Below are positions 53,201 to 63,666 of a stretch of DNA of 64,000 nt, one piece after another. Position numbers and translations under genes: made by a program. Position 1 is the first letter of the stretch. The number at the start of each line of letters is the position of its first letter. The DNA lies in assembly GCA_963810095.1 (NCBI GenBank), contig CAWEMM010000007.1:160001-224000 (forward strand), read 5' to 3'. The notes below the pieces were generated by a model that was not told where the DNA came from, did not search any database, and saw nothing but the letters and a program-made list of their open reading frames with translations. The DNA comes from an uncultured Chloroflexia bacterium (GTDB lineage: Bacteria > Chloroflexota > Anaerolineae > CG2-30-64-16).

Positions 53201-53639
53201 ATACGTCGCATTCGTGTACTTCTGGCCCATCGGCGACCAGAAAGTCACCCTTAGCGTGCCTATCGACGTCAGCTCGACCCGAACTTCCGGGGCGACCCTG
53301 GTATCGGATCCGTCACCCTCGCGAGTGGTTGAAGGGTTGCAGGTCGCCCTCAAGACCCGGGGGCCGTTGGTGGCGGGCGAGGACAGCAGTATCAAATTCG
53401 AGGCAATCGATGAGGGGGGCCAGTCCCGCTCTCGCGAGATCGCGGTGCAGTCCAAGACATATGCCCGCCTCTTCCTTATCGATGAGCAGGCAACCACGTT
53501 CATGGAAGAGAGCCTGGCTGATCCCAACAACCTGGAGTTTACGGTGAACTTCCCAAAGCCTGGGATGTACAAAGCCTGGCTCGAGTTCAAGCATGAACGG
53601 GAGACGCAACGAATCCCGTTCGTTATAGAGGTGAAGTAA
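50272..53639 (+). CDS. copA: Cu(I)-translocating P1B-1 ATPase with an extra C-terminal TM and extracytoplasmic extension; frameshift near 51100
   Basis: [74 protein letters not shown]. About 330 aa follow the canonical end. Confidence 0.93.
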
Positions 53640-54019
53640 GCGCAATGGCGCATTCCCGAAGGAGCCATGCGGTGAACAAGTTCCTGGATGGGGTGATGAT
53701 TCTGATGGCGTTGACGATCGCGATCGACCGGGAGTCTCTGAATGTCGGTCAGACGGCAGGGCGCTGACGCGCGCGGACGCAGGGACTGTGCCGATGAAGT
53801 GTCACTGGGCCGCGAGCTTCATGTTGGCTTGGCTGTAACAGGCTTGCTGGTCACGCATGCACGGCGGCTCATCTCAGCAGGAGCTCCGCGCGATCGAAAT
53901 GGCAGATGGCCGCATCCAGGAGCCGTCCCTGCTCCCATAGGGGGACATATGATCAGATCGCATACGGGTGACGAAACGAGCCAGTGGGGTGAGCCGGTAG
54001 TCCGATCAGGGGGTGACGG

Positions 54020-55220
54020 TTGAGTGCGGTGAAAGTGCCGGAGGTCCAGTCAGTGTTCCGGGGCCAGCCTTCGCGCTGGCGAGCTGTTCCTGAGCTTTCT
54101 CCGTTTGGGCCTGACTGCCTTCGGCGGTCCCTCGATGGTCGCCTACATCCGCAAGCTGGCCGTAGAGCGCAAGGGCTGGCTGAGCGCCCGGGAGTTCAGC
54201 GACGGCGTTGCTTTTTGCCAGATGGTTCCCGGGGCGACGGCAATGCAAGCAGCCGCCTATGTAGGCCTCCATCAACGAGGGGTCGGGGGCGCGGCGGCGA
54301 GCCTGGTTGGCTTCGGCTTGCCTGCCTTCTGCCTCATGCTGGTCTTTGCGGTCGTGTACACTCAAACCGGCGCGCTTCCCGCAGTGACTGCAGTGTTCAG
54401 CGGTCTGCAGGCGGTCGTCGTTGCGATCGTGGTCAACGCCGCCTTCTCCTTTGGGAAGACAACGCTCAAGCACTGGATGCACTGGCTGATCGCGATCGTA
54501 TCCGCGGCGCTATTCTGGCAGGGCATCAACTCGCTGTTCGTCATTCTGGCTGCAGGGGCAGCTGGCTGGCTGTTGCTGCCACGACCGGTGTCTTCAGGAG
54601 CCCCGGCCGCGCAGCCTGCCGGTATCCCACTCTACAAGCGATCATTAGCGCTTATCCTGGCAGTTGCCGGGATGGGACTGGTCGCGCTCTACTTCCTGGC
54701 GCCGGAGCTGTTCCGCCTGGCTTTGCTCATGTTCAAGGTCGATCTGATGGCCTTCGGCGGTGGTTTTGCCTCCGTTCCGATCATGTATCACGAGGTAGTC
54801 GAGGTAAACGGCTGGATGCCGGGTGGGGTCTTCATGAACGGCATCATTCTGGGCCAGGTCACTCCGGGCCCCATCGTGATAACCGCCACGTTCATTGGGT
54901 ACCTCCTGGCTGGCCTGCTGGGCGCAGTCATCGCTTCGATCTGCATCTTCTTGCCATCATTTCTGATTGTCATTGGTGTGGCTCCCTTTTACGGCCGGCT
55001 GGCGGCCTCGCCGGTCTTCAAGGGGGTCATTCAGGCGGTTCTCTGTTCGTTCGTGGGCTTGCTGGTTTCCGTCGCCTTCCGTTTTGGCCTGCAGGTCCAC
55101 TGGGACGCCATCCATGTTCTGCTCGCGGTCGGAGCGCTGGTGGCCTTGCTCCGTAAGGTTGATATCCTGTGGGTGGTCCTGGCTGGCGTCATCCTTTCGC
55201 TCGTACTGATTCGCGTGTAA
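54020..55220 (+). CDS. chrA: Chromate ion transporter (long-chain CHR); probable frameshift near the 5' end
   Basis: Two CHR halves: GLTAFGGP...VERKGWLS...QMVPGA and AFGGG...GQVTPGP...FIGY...FLPSF. Confidence 0.9.
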
Positions 55221-55248
55221 ACCGTCGAGATACATTGGAGGTAACCGC

Positions 55249-56103
55249 ATGAAGCACGTCCCGTTCGTCGTCCTGACCCTCATTCTGATCGTAGTGCTAA
55301 CAGGTTGCGCAGGCACGCTGCCACCCGCAGCGGCTCCAGCCCCGACAACCGCACCAGCCGCGGCGCCAACTACGGCCCCCGCGGCTGCTAAGCTGGTTAC
55401 GGTGAAGGTGTTCGCGCCGTCCAGCATGATGGATGCCGTCAAAGAGATGACTGCGGCCTTCGAGGCGTCCAATCCGGGCGTCAAGCTTGCCGTCGAGATC
55501 GGACACTCGCCCACGCAGCGACTTCAGCTGACGCAGGGCGCGACCGGAGATGTTTTCATGACTGCCAGCCAGAAAGACATGGATGACGCAGTCACGGACA
55601 AGAGCGTCGCCGCCGGCGCTCCCCAGGTGTTCGCGAGGAATCAGCTCGTGGTCGTCATGCCGGCGAGCAATACGGCCAACGTTCAGAAACTGGAGGACCT
55701 GGCGAACCAGGGCGTAAGGTTATTGGTGGCTGTGGTCGACACGCCAATCGGCAAGGCCACGTTGAGCAGCTTGGATAAGATGGATAAGAAGTTGGGAGCG
55801 GGGTTCAAGGAGAAGGTGCTGGCCAATGTCGTATCCAACGAATCCGGGGTCAAGCCCATCGTGTCCAAGCTTCAGTTGGGTGAGGCTGATGCAGGCATCG
55901 TGTTTGTCACCGATGCCGTCGCAGCTCCAGCGCTCAAAACGGTCACCATTCCCCCCGACTTGAACATGATTAGCCAACTGAACGTAGCTCCACTTGCCAA
56001 AGCCCCGAACCCGGAACAAGCAGCGGCTTTTGCAGCATTTGTCACCTCAGCCCAGGGGCAGGAAATCCTGAAAAAGTGGGGATTCATGTCCGCGAAGCCG
56101 TGA
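55249..56103 (+). CDS. modA: Molybdate/tungstate ABC transporter substrate-binding lipoprotein
   Basis: Lipobox LTGC; VFAPSSM, GDVFMTAS, FARNQLVV, GEADAGIVFVTDA, FVTSAQGQEILKKWGF. Confidence 0.8.
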   Translation: MKHVPFVVLTLILIVVLTGCAGTLPPAAAPAPTTAPAAAPTTAPAAAKLVTVKVFAPSSMMDAVKEMTAAFEASNPGVKLAVEIGHSPTQRLQLTQGATGDVFMTASQKDMDDAVTDKSVAAGAPQVFARNQLVVVMPASNTANVQKLEDLANQGVRLLVAVVDTPIGKATLSSLDKMDKKLGAGFKEKVLANVVSNESGVKPIVSKLQLGEADAGIVFVTDAVAAPALKTVTIPPDLNMISQLNVAPLAKAPNPEQAAAFAAFVTSAQGQEILKKWGFMSAKP

Positions 56104-56176
56104 CGTATCGGTCGTGTAGTTGAGAGTTGAGGAGACATGCCGGAGAGGACAGGCGAGATGATGCGCACGGAAACGT

Positions 56177-57037
56177 TTGCCGGAGGCCGCAGCCCGGAAC
56201 CGGAAACCCGCGGCCAAGGTTAGCGACGTAGCCTACCACCAGAAGATCCACCGGGTTCGGCCACTGCTTGGTTTCATCCTGCTCGGCGGACTCGGGGCCC
56301 TTCTGCTGGCACTCCCGCTCCTGGTCCTGTTATGGCGTGGCGTAGGCGCGGGAATCGCAGGCTACCTGTCGCAGCCCTCCGTCATCGCCGCGGCCCGGCT
56401 GAGTCTCCTCACGAGTGGCACGAGCCTCCTTTTTACCCTGCTGCTTGGCACGCCTCTCGCTTACGTCTTGGCGCGCTGGTCGTTTCGCTACAAAGCCGTG
56501 GTGGAGACCGTCATCGACCTCCCGATCGTCCTGCCACCGATGGTGGCAGGGATCGGGCTGCTTCTCGCGTTTGGGCGAAAGGGCCTGTTGGGTGGACCGC
56601 TGCATGAGCTCGGCATTGCCCTCCCTTTCACAACGGCAGCGGTTATCTTCGCCCAAACCTTCGTTTCTGCTCCGCTTTACATCCGTGCCGCACGGCTTGG
56701 TTTCGGAGCCGTGCGGCCGGACATGATCGAGGCCGCCTACACCGACGGGGCATCCGAGTTCGTCATCTTCCGGCTTGTGATGGTACCGCTTGCCAGCCGG
56801 GCGATGCTGAACGGCCTCATCCTGTGCTGGGCGCGCGCCTTCGGCGAATTCGGCGCCACCATCATCTTCGCCGGTAATCTGGAAGGGCGCACCCAGACGA
56901 TGCCGCTGGTGATCTTCAATGGGTTCGAGACCAACCTGGGCGTCGCGTTGGGCATCTCGCTGGTGCTGATCCTGATTTCAACGACGATCTTGCTCGTCCT
57001 GCGCACGCTCGAGAAGAACACCAGCATCAACCTTTAG
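56177..57037 (+). CDS. modB: Molybdate ABC transporter permease; start uncertain
   Basis: LSLLTS, GTPLAYVLAR, IDLPIVLPPMVAG, EAAYTDGA (EAA loop), WARAFGEFGATIIFAGN, TQTMPL. Confidence 0.9.
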   Translation: MPEAAARNRKPAAKVSDVAYHQKIHRVRPLLGFILLGGLGALLLALPLLVLLWRGVGAGIAGYLSQPSVIAAARLSLLTSGTSLLFTLLLGTPLAYVLARWSFRYKAVVETVIDLPIVLPPMVAGIGLLLAFGRKGLLGGPLHELGIALPFTTAAVIFAQTFVSAPLYIRAARLGFGAVRPDMIEAAYTDGASEFVIFRLVMVPLASRAMLNGLILCWARAFGEFGATIIFAGNLEGRTQTMPLVIFNGFETNLGVALGISLVLILISTTILLVLRTLEKNTSINL

Positions 57038-57059
57038 CTCATCTTCCGCTCGTGTTGGC

Positions 57060-57420
57060 GGAAGTCGGTGGCAAGGGGACTAACCTGATGACTGGGAACG
57101 CTGTTCGGGCGGCCGGACTGCGCTGGGCGCTCACAGCCTCAGGTTCGCCCGTCCGATAACTGTCTGTGTATCCGAGTCGGATGTCCGCTCGGCAACAGAG
57201 CAGAGTGTGGTCATCGCTCGCTCGGTGATTAACCGAGCCCAGTTGTTGCTGGCAGCCGAGTCTGCCAGCAACCTGAACGGGACGACCGAGGGCGATATTG
57301 TGGACCTATTCCGCAGCCTTCATGCCAACTTCGGGCTTACCATCGTCCTCGTCACGAACACGCCAACTTGCTTCGTCGGGTATGCGAGCGATCGAGATGG
57401 CCGGCCGTCTTATCCTGGAA
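57060..57420 (+). pseudogene. Decayed C-terminal fragment of a LolD/MacB-type ABC ATPase
   Basis: ...RVVIARSVINRAQLLLAAESASNLNGTTEGDIVDLFRSLHANFGLTIVLVTN resembles QRVAIARALxNxPxLLLADEPTGNLD...TIVLVTH, but Walker B, D-loop and H-switch are substituted. No Walker A, and stops upstream. Confidence 0.65.
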
Positions 57421-57576
57421 GCGTCGGGACCCTTGCGCAAGGGAGCGCACAGGGAGTACGCGATAAGCCAGTGAGATCAGGCGGATGGCCCGGCAGTCAG
57501 TGAAGCTCGGGGACAGATTCACCGGCTGCGCGCGAGCGTGCTCCGGGCATGGCGTGGAGGGTAGCCGGTTCCGCAG

Positions 57577-59121
57577 CTATCGCATTGGGCTCTCATTCGA
57601 GTCGCGAGGGTCGGGTTTTTTGCGTCCATGCGTTACGTTTGCGCCTGACGGACCCGCCTCGGTTTGGCGATCCGTGAAGTCCGGCGGCGCCGCGCTGCGT
57701 GCAACGCGTGGCGGTGCGACACGTGTCGCGGGTCGCGCAGGCCGGCGGCGCATCAGCAACAGCAGCGGCAGCAGCAGCAGCAGGGGCAGAAGCAGCAGCC
57801 ACCACGGGAAGCGGCCCTCGGGCTGCGCCGGCGCGGGCGTGATGGGCGCGACGACGGGGACGGGTGTGTCCGTCGGCGTCGCAGTCGGTTGGGCCGTGGG
57901 CGCGGCTGCGGGCGCAATGAAGCGGTACGCGACCGCTGCGCCGGCCGCGAGCGGGCCCGAGCCCTGCCCGAACGTCACCGTGGCCGAGTAAGGATAGGAA
58001 GCGTCGACCTGTCCCTCGCCCACCAGCCGCCAGGTCACCGACTGGGCCCCGCCGTTGACCGGCACGCTCGCCATGGGCTTGCGCTCGGTCTCGCCGTCCG
58101 CCAGCCGGAGCCCCTGCGGCAGGACCACCGTCGCCTCGCCACCCGTGAAGTCGGCATCCGACAGGTTCGCCACCCACAGCGTCGCATTGAATTCCGGGTC
58201 GTCGCTGGTAATGCTGACCGGCGCATCGATCCAGGCGTTGCCGCCTCCCACGCCGGCCAGGCCGTAGTAGGTGACCCATGTGGCCGAGGCGCCAGGTGCG
58301 AGCGCCTCCGGCTCCCAGTACATCGCCACCGCGTCTGTCGCCCACCGGCCTGGTCGGGTCCACCTGGTAGTCCCACGCGGTGTTCTTGATTTCAGGCCAC
58401 GTGGCGAAGACGAGCCGGTCCGGCTTTGTCGCGTCCTCCCCTGTCAGGATGCCCTGGCCCTTCAGGCTGGCGGGGCTATAATCTTGCGCCTCGAATGCTT
58501 TCCAGTACGCGGGCATCTGGTCGCCGGCGAACTCGCGTTCCGTGTCGAAGTTGCCCGAACCGGGGACGAAGAACGGGGCCCGGTCGTTGTCGCCGATCAT
58601 CGTGTCCAGCATGATCCGCAGGCCCGCCGAGATGGCTTGCCGCGACGTGTTCGTCGCGGTCAGCGAAATGCGGAAGGTGTCCGGCCGGTTGGTATACGGA
58701 TTTGTGACGGGTGTGAGCGTCTGCGTGATCGCCACGCCTTCGAACAGCCAGCCTGCCACGAGCGCACCGTTCTGATCCGCGGGCTCGGGTTCGTGCTCTG
58801 CAAGAGCGGCAGATCGCGCGCCTGGCCTTCGCTGACCACCCGCAGCGTCGTGAACGAGGTATATCCCAGCCCGCCGTGCCCGTACATCAATCGCCGGCCG
58901 TCGTCGTCTGCCGTGGCCGGATCGCCGCCCCGCGTTCCGATCGTATACTGGCCCCACTCGTTGGCCCGCGCCTCGATTTGCTCGTTACCCACGGTCACGG
59001 GTCCGCCGCTGTCGCGCTGGAGCGCGGGGCCCGCCAGTGCCATGTGCGGCAGCACCAGGGTTACGGCGAGCGACAGTGCGATCAAATAGTACAGCATCGG
59101 CCTGATCTCTCTCATTCGCAT
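57577..59121 (-). CDS. Exported protein with a beta-sandwich N-terminal region, Pro/Thr linker and C-terminal membrane anchor; 2 frameshifts
   Basis: Signal peptide MLYYLIALSLAVTL; TRGGDP..DD..LMYG....TSFTTLR; GLRIMLDTMIGDNDRAPF; MYWEP..LAPG.....TYYG; FPWWLLLLPLLLLLPLLLLMRRR. Confidence 0.72.
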
Positions 59122-59124
59122 CGG

Positions 59125-62100
59125 CTACAACTCATTCCCGGCGTCCCCATCGTCTGGCGCGAGCGGCGTCACGTTGCTCAACCAGTCATCCAGGTCGAAC
59201 GGCGCGGGTGGTTCGACAGGCTCGTCCGGCGGCTCAGGGGGTCGGGCAGGCAAGTCGTCGGGCGGCGCCGCGGCACCGTGGCGGCTCAGCAGGCGAAACC
59301 TCCAGGGTCTCGAAGACCTCGGGTGCCGGGTGTGTCGGGGCCGGTTGGTCAGTCGAAAGTAGGGCGGCTGCGACCGCGGGGCCGGGCAAGCCCTCGGGGA
59401 TCCCTCGCCCGCGCAAGGGATGCACGACCTCGGAGGTCTGCCGCGGCGCGGCCGGTTCGGCCGTCTCTGGCGGTTCTGGACGGCGCGCCACCGGCAACAC
59501 CCGGCTGCCCGAGTTCTGCCGGGCGGCGACCAGGATCGCAAGCGCGTCGAACTCCTCCCACACGGCCGTCGCCCGTCGTCGCGGATCGACAAACTCCGCC
59601 CGGTCGCGGGCTTCGATTGCGGCCTGGTAGTCTCCCGCCAAGGCCCCCGCCCGCATCTCGTCGAGCAGCGGGTGGAGTCGTTCGCGCAGCGCTTCCAGCG
59701 CTTCGAGTTCGAGCCGCAGGTCGCCTGCCTCGTCGACGAGGCCGGCCGTTTTCTCGTCGTGGTCAAGCGCCTCTGGCGCGGTGCGACCGGGCGCCTCCAG
59801 CCCAACTTCTTCGATCGCCGCGGCATAGTGCCCGGCCGCGGCCAACCGGTGCGCTCGGGCCAGCCGCCGCACGACGCTGCCCAAGGCTGCTTCCCTTGCC
59901 TGCTCCGCCGCTGTCGAGCTTGCGGCCCCGCTCGCCAACTGCCACCAACGCATCAGCGCCGGCGCAACGAACTCACGCACGAGCGGATGGCTGGCCTCGC
60001 CCAGCAGGGCCGGCGGGACCGCTTGCCCCACCGTCGCTTCCGGTGCATCGAGCACGGCCAGCAGCGTGTGCCGGGCGTCGGCAGGCAGACCGCTCTCCCC
60101 ATCCGCTGCCGACTCGAGCGCGGCCTGGAACTGGGCCAGCGCGGAGAGCCGGTCGCCTGCGGCCGCCAGCGCGCGGGCGTTCCGCGTGCGGGCGCGCGTC
60201 TCGGTGAGGAGGGCAATTTGCCGTTCGACGCGCCGGAGCTCGGGGAGCACGTGCGGCGCAGCGACCGCATAGCTTTCTGCTAACCCGGCGCAAGAAGCAG
60301 CCGTTGCCAACTCGCCCCGTTCGAGCGCGGCCTTCGCCTGGGTCAGCCAACCCCGTGCCGCAGCCAGCGCGTCGTCCGAACCTTCGCGCAGCACCCGCTC
60401 CTGCGCGGCAAGCACGATTGGATCCGCGGTGCTCGCGGCGTAGGCCCGGAGCGCGGGCAGCGCTTCGACGCCGCGGCCCGCCGCGACCCGCTCGGCGGCG
60501 GTGTGCAGGACCGCGTTGCGCCGCTCCAGCGCCTCCACCTGCGCCCGAAGTTCCTCCCAGCGAGCGGGCAGCGGGTGGAGCGCGCCGCGGGCCGCCCGCA
60601 GCCCTGCACGGGCCGACTTGAGCGCGGCAATGGCTGCGTCCCAGTCCACCGCAACGAGGTCGCCATCCGCTGCGGGTTCGCACAGATCTCCCACCGTCTT
60701 GAGCGCGCGCTCCACCGGGTTCAGCGCCCGCTCCTCGGCTTCGGCCCGCGCCCGCGACTCCGCGGCCTCAGCCTGGGCAGCCAGCTCTGCCCGCCGTGCC
60801 GTGATTTCCGCCGTGACCCGGGCCGCTTCGCTCAGCGCGCCGGCCGGCGCAGACGTCAACTCGCCCACCTGCCGGCACAGCGCCAGCGCTGCGTCTTCGT
60901 CGCCCGCTTCGGCCCGGGCAGACGCGGCCGCGAGCAACTCGTCTGCCAGCCGGGCCGCCAGCCCCGGGGCGGTCTCCCACTGCTCGTACGCCCGGCGTAG
61001 CAGTTCGAGCCGCTGACTTGCCTGCGAGGTCGACCGGACTGCGTCGGCCTGGCCGAGCAGCTTCTTGACCTCTCTCTGGACGCGCTCGGTCTCCTTCAAG
61101 CCCGCCGCCAACTGCTCGCGCAGTTCCATAACGTCTGCCGCGTCGCCCCAACGGCCGCCCTCGACCCGTGCCAGGCCGTTCCGAAATGCGTCGCGGCCGC
61201 GTCCGGCATCCCGCGCGCCTAACGCCTCCCTGCCCTCGGCCAGCAGCAGCCGCGCCTGTTCGAGATCGGCCAGCGCCGCCCGCGCCTCGCCCAGCATCGC
61301 GTCGAGCACGGCCGCGACCTCGCCCAGGTCGCGCCCGCGTGCACCAATTGCCGCCTCCAGCGCTTCCCGGCTGGCCTGCCACCCTTGGCGGGCGGCTTCC
61401 AGGCGATGAGCCGCACGGTCACGCATCGCCTGGGCTGCGAAGAGCGCGGCGTCGCGCAACGCGGCGGCCTCGGCCTGCTCTGCCGCGGCGGTTGGATGCC
61501 CGGGGAAGATTTCGACTGTGGCCAGAAAGGCCGCGTGGGCGTGCTCGAACGCTTCCGCGGCCTCGTCAAATTCGTGTTCCACCACGGATGCGCGGCCCGC
61601 CGTGATTTCCTGGCGTCCCCGATCCATGTGCACGCGGAGGGCGATGGCCTGCCAATCCGGATTGCGGGGATGCTCGGCGCGCAGCGCGGCCAGCAGCGCG
61701 AGCGCGTCGTCCGTTCGCCCCTGGGCGAGCGCTTCGTTGACCGCGGCAAGTTGGTCCTGAATGCGGGTGAGGGCCCCGCGTGCCCGTTCGTGTAAGGCGG
61801 CCACGGGGCGGGCGAGCACGTCCTCGCGGCCCGTCAGTTCTTCGTCCAGCGCGGCAGCCAGCTCGGCTGCCAGGCGGTAATCTTGCCGTTCGAACGCCAA
61901 TTCGGCGAACTGGACCCGCTCGGAGACATTGCGCTCGGCAAACAGCTTGTCGCGCAACGCAGCGAGGGGAGCGGCCAGGCTTTCCCAACCACGCCCGTTC
62001 AGCGGCCGCAGAGTGTTGTCGAGCACCTCAAGCGCCTGGTCGAACTTGCGGCGTCCCGCAAGCACCTCGGCCTCCCGGCGGGCCGTGCCGATTCGCCGCT

Positions 62101-62452
62101 GCCACTCCTGGCCTTCCTGGGCCTCGCTGCGCAGCCCGTCGATCTCCGAGTGGTACTTCAGGATGTGGCTCAGCGCGCCGCGCGCCTGGGCCTGGTTCAG
62201 CACGCCGAGCGCTTCGTCGAAGCGGTGGGCGGCGAGCCCGGCGCGCGCCCTCGCCAGTGCCTGGCTCAGTTCCTCGTCGATGCTCTTCTGTTCCACCGCG
62301 TTGGCCCAGCCTTGGGCGGCCGCCGGCTGGTCGGGATGCGCGGCGAGAATCGCCTCGAACGCCGCGATAGCATCGTCCCAGCGGTAGTGGCTGAAATGCA
62401 CTTCGGCCTGGGCCAACCGGCCCCTGAGTTCGCTGTCTTTCATCTTCATCAC
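59125..62452 (-). CDS. Large Ala/Glu/Arg-rich alpha-helical (TPR-like) repeat protein; probable frameshift near 59280
   Basis: Repeated A...F....WD.AI..F..IL...P...AA helical motifs over about 1,000 aa; Pro-rich tail ending FDLDDWLSNV...NEL in the 59125 frame. Confidence 0.7.
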
Positions 62453-62548
62453 TGCTCAGAGCGACTTGGACGCGGATGACGCAGGATGGGGCGGCCCTTC
62501 ATGAAGGTGCGACCCGGTTTTTCATCCTGAAGAGCCCGTCGATCTGCA

Positions 62549-63562
62549 TCATTTGCGCTCTCTTGCATCTTCATGCTCCAAAAACGCCACCCGGCCGTTT
62601 GCCAGTCCGGCCGCGATCTCGCCCGTCGCTGCGACGGCAACCGAGAGCACGGTCGACGCGAACAGCAGGTCGCAACGGGCTGTGACCCGGCCGGTGAATG
62701 CGCCAATCTGCCAGAGTTCGCCCGTGTTCGTGCCTGCGACGAGGACCGGGCGCCCGGGGACGGCCTGCAGCGCCGTGATCGTGACGCCCGGTGGGCAGGC
62801 GAGCGACCAGGCTGTGCCTCGCAGCCCCGCGTCAAGCCCGACCAGCCGGCTGGATCCGGGGGACGCCTCGGTGTCGTGGCCCGCGGCGGTGTGGATCACG
62901 GCCGCGACGGCCAACGGAGCGGGCAGGCTCGCCAGGAGCGTCACACGGCCGGCCATAACGATCGACTTGCCGGGCTTGCCAAGTGCAGCGTCGATGGCGA
63001 CGATTTCGCCCGTCCTCGGAGCTGCGCCACCCAGCGCGGCAGCGTAGATCGTCCGGCAGTCGGGGCTGATGGTTGCGTGCCAGGTGCGCCGTGCACCAGC
63101 GGTCCCTTCTTGCGGGCCCAGCCGCCAGAGCAGTTGCCCCCGGCCGTCTAGCAGCGTGAGCCCCAACGCATGATGGCCGAGAGCGATCAGCCCTTCCCTC
63201 TCGGCGCCGGCCTGCGGCGCGAAGTCCAGGCTGTACAGATCGTCCTGCTGTTCCCAGATGCCGACTGCCGCCACCCGCAGCTGGTCGTGCGGGTTGTCGC
63301 TCGCTTCCCGGCGAAAGTCCAGCCGGTACAGACGCCCGGCCCGCTCCAGCGCGATGCCCGCGTCGAGCCGGGGCGACAGCCCGACCCGGCTGAACGCCGC
63401 GCCATGCCGCTCCAGCCGGCACTGCACGTTGCCCCGCCTGTCAAGCAACTGCAAGCCGTGCTCCGAGCCGACCAGCAGGTGGTCGCCGTCGCCGGAAAGT
63501 GCGACGGCATGCACCGGCCCGCCCAGGCTGTGAAAGCGGCTCAACCGTAGAGGATTTATCAT
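62549..63562 (-). CDS. WD40/YVTN-like beta-propeller protein
   Basis: VHAVALSGDGDHLLVGS, LYSLDF, ITAL....PVLVAGT..G.LW, VLSVAV..TGEIAAGLANGRV. Confidence 0.72.
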   Translation of the reverse strand: MINPLRLSRFHSLGGPVHAVALSGDGDHLLVGSEHGLQLLDRRGNVQCRLERHGAAFSRVGLSPRLDAGIALERAGRLYRLDFRREASDNPHDQLRVAAVGIWEQQDDLYSLDFAPQAGAEREGLIALGHHALGLTLLDGRGQLLWRLGPQEGTAGARRTWHATISPDCRTIYAAALGGAAPRTGEIVAIDAALGKPGKSIVMAGRVTLLASLPAPLAVAAVIHTAAGHDTEASPGSSRLVGLDAGLRGTAWSLACPPGVTITALQAVPGRPVLVAGTNTGELWQIGAFTGRVTARCDLLFASTVLSVAVAATGEIAAGLANGRVAFLEHEDARERK

Positions 63563-63573
63563 GGCATTAGCCG

Positions 63574-63658
63574 TCACACGAAGAACCCAAGAAACAAAGA
63601 TGCACAAAGACTTTTTAGGTGGCTTCGTGTAACTTCGGTTCTCCGGTTCTTTGTGTGA
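63574..63658. repeat. REP-like palindromic element, family C
   Basis: Arms TCACACGAAGAACC / GGTTCTTTGTGTGA (13/14 as reverse complements) with inner CACAAAG / CTTCGTG units. Confidence 0.7.
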
Positions 63659-63666
63659 TCTCTTCC

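Noticed and set aside
53640-54020. Possible small gene or riboswitch between copA and chrA
   Set aside because: No recognisable protein motif or Moco/other riboswitch consensus; may be a decayed fragment.
57060-57503. Calling the ORF after modB modC
   Set aside because: It lacks Walker A and a TOBE domain, its catalytic motifs are degenerate, and the residual pattern is LolD/MacB-like.
38-62452. Many frameshifts (PBP, APH, PKS, kinases, ABC exporter, MCO, copA, TPR) read as programmed frameshifting or mass pseudogenisation
   Set aside because: They hit unrelated genes that keep intact catalytic motifs, with no common slippery site. This pattern fits uncorrected long-read indels; read-level polishing is needed to be certain.
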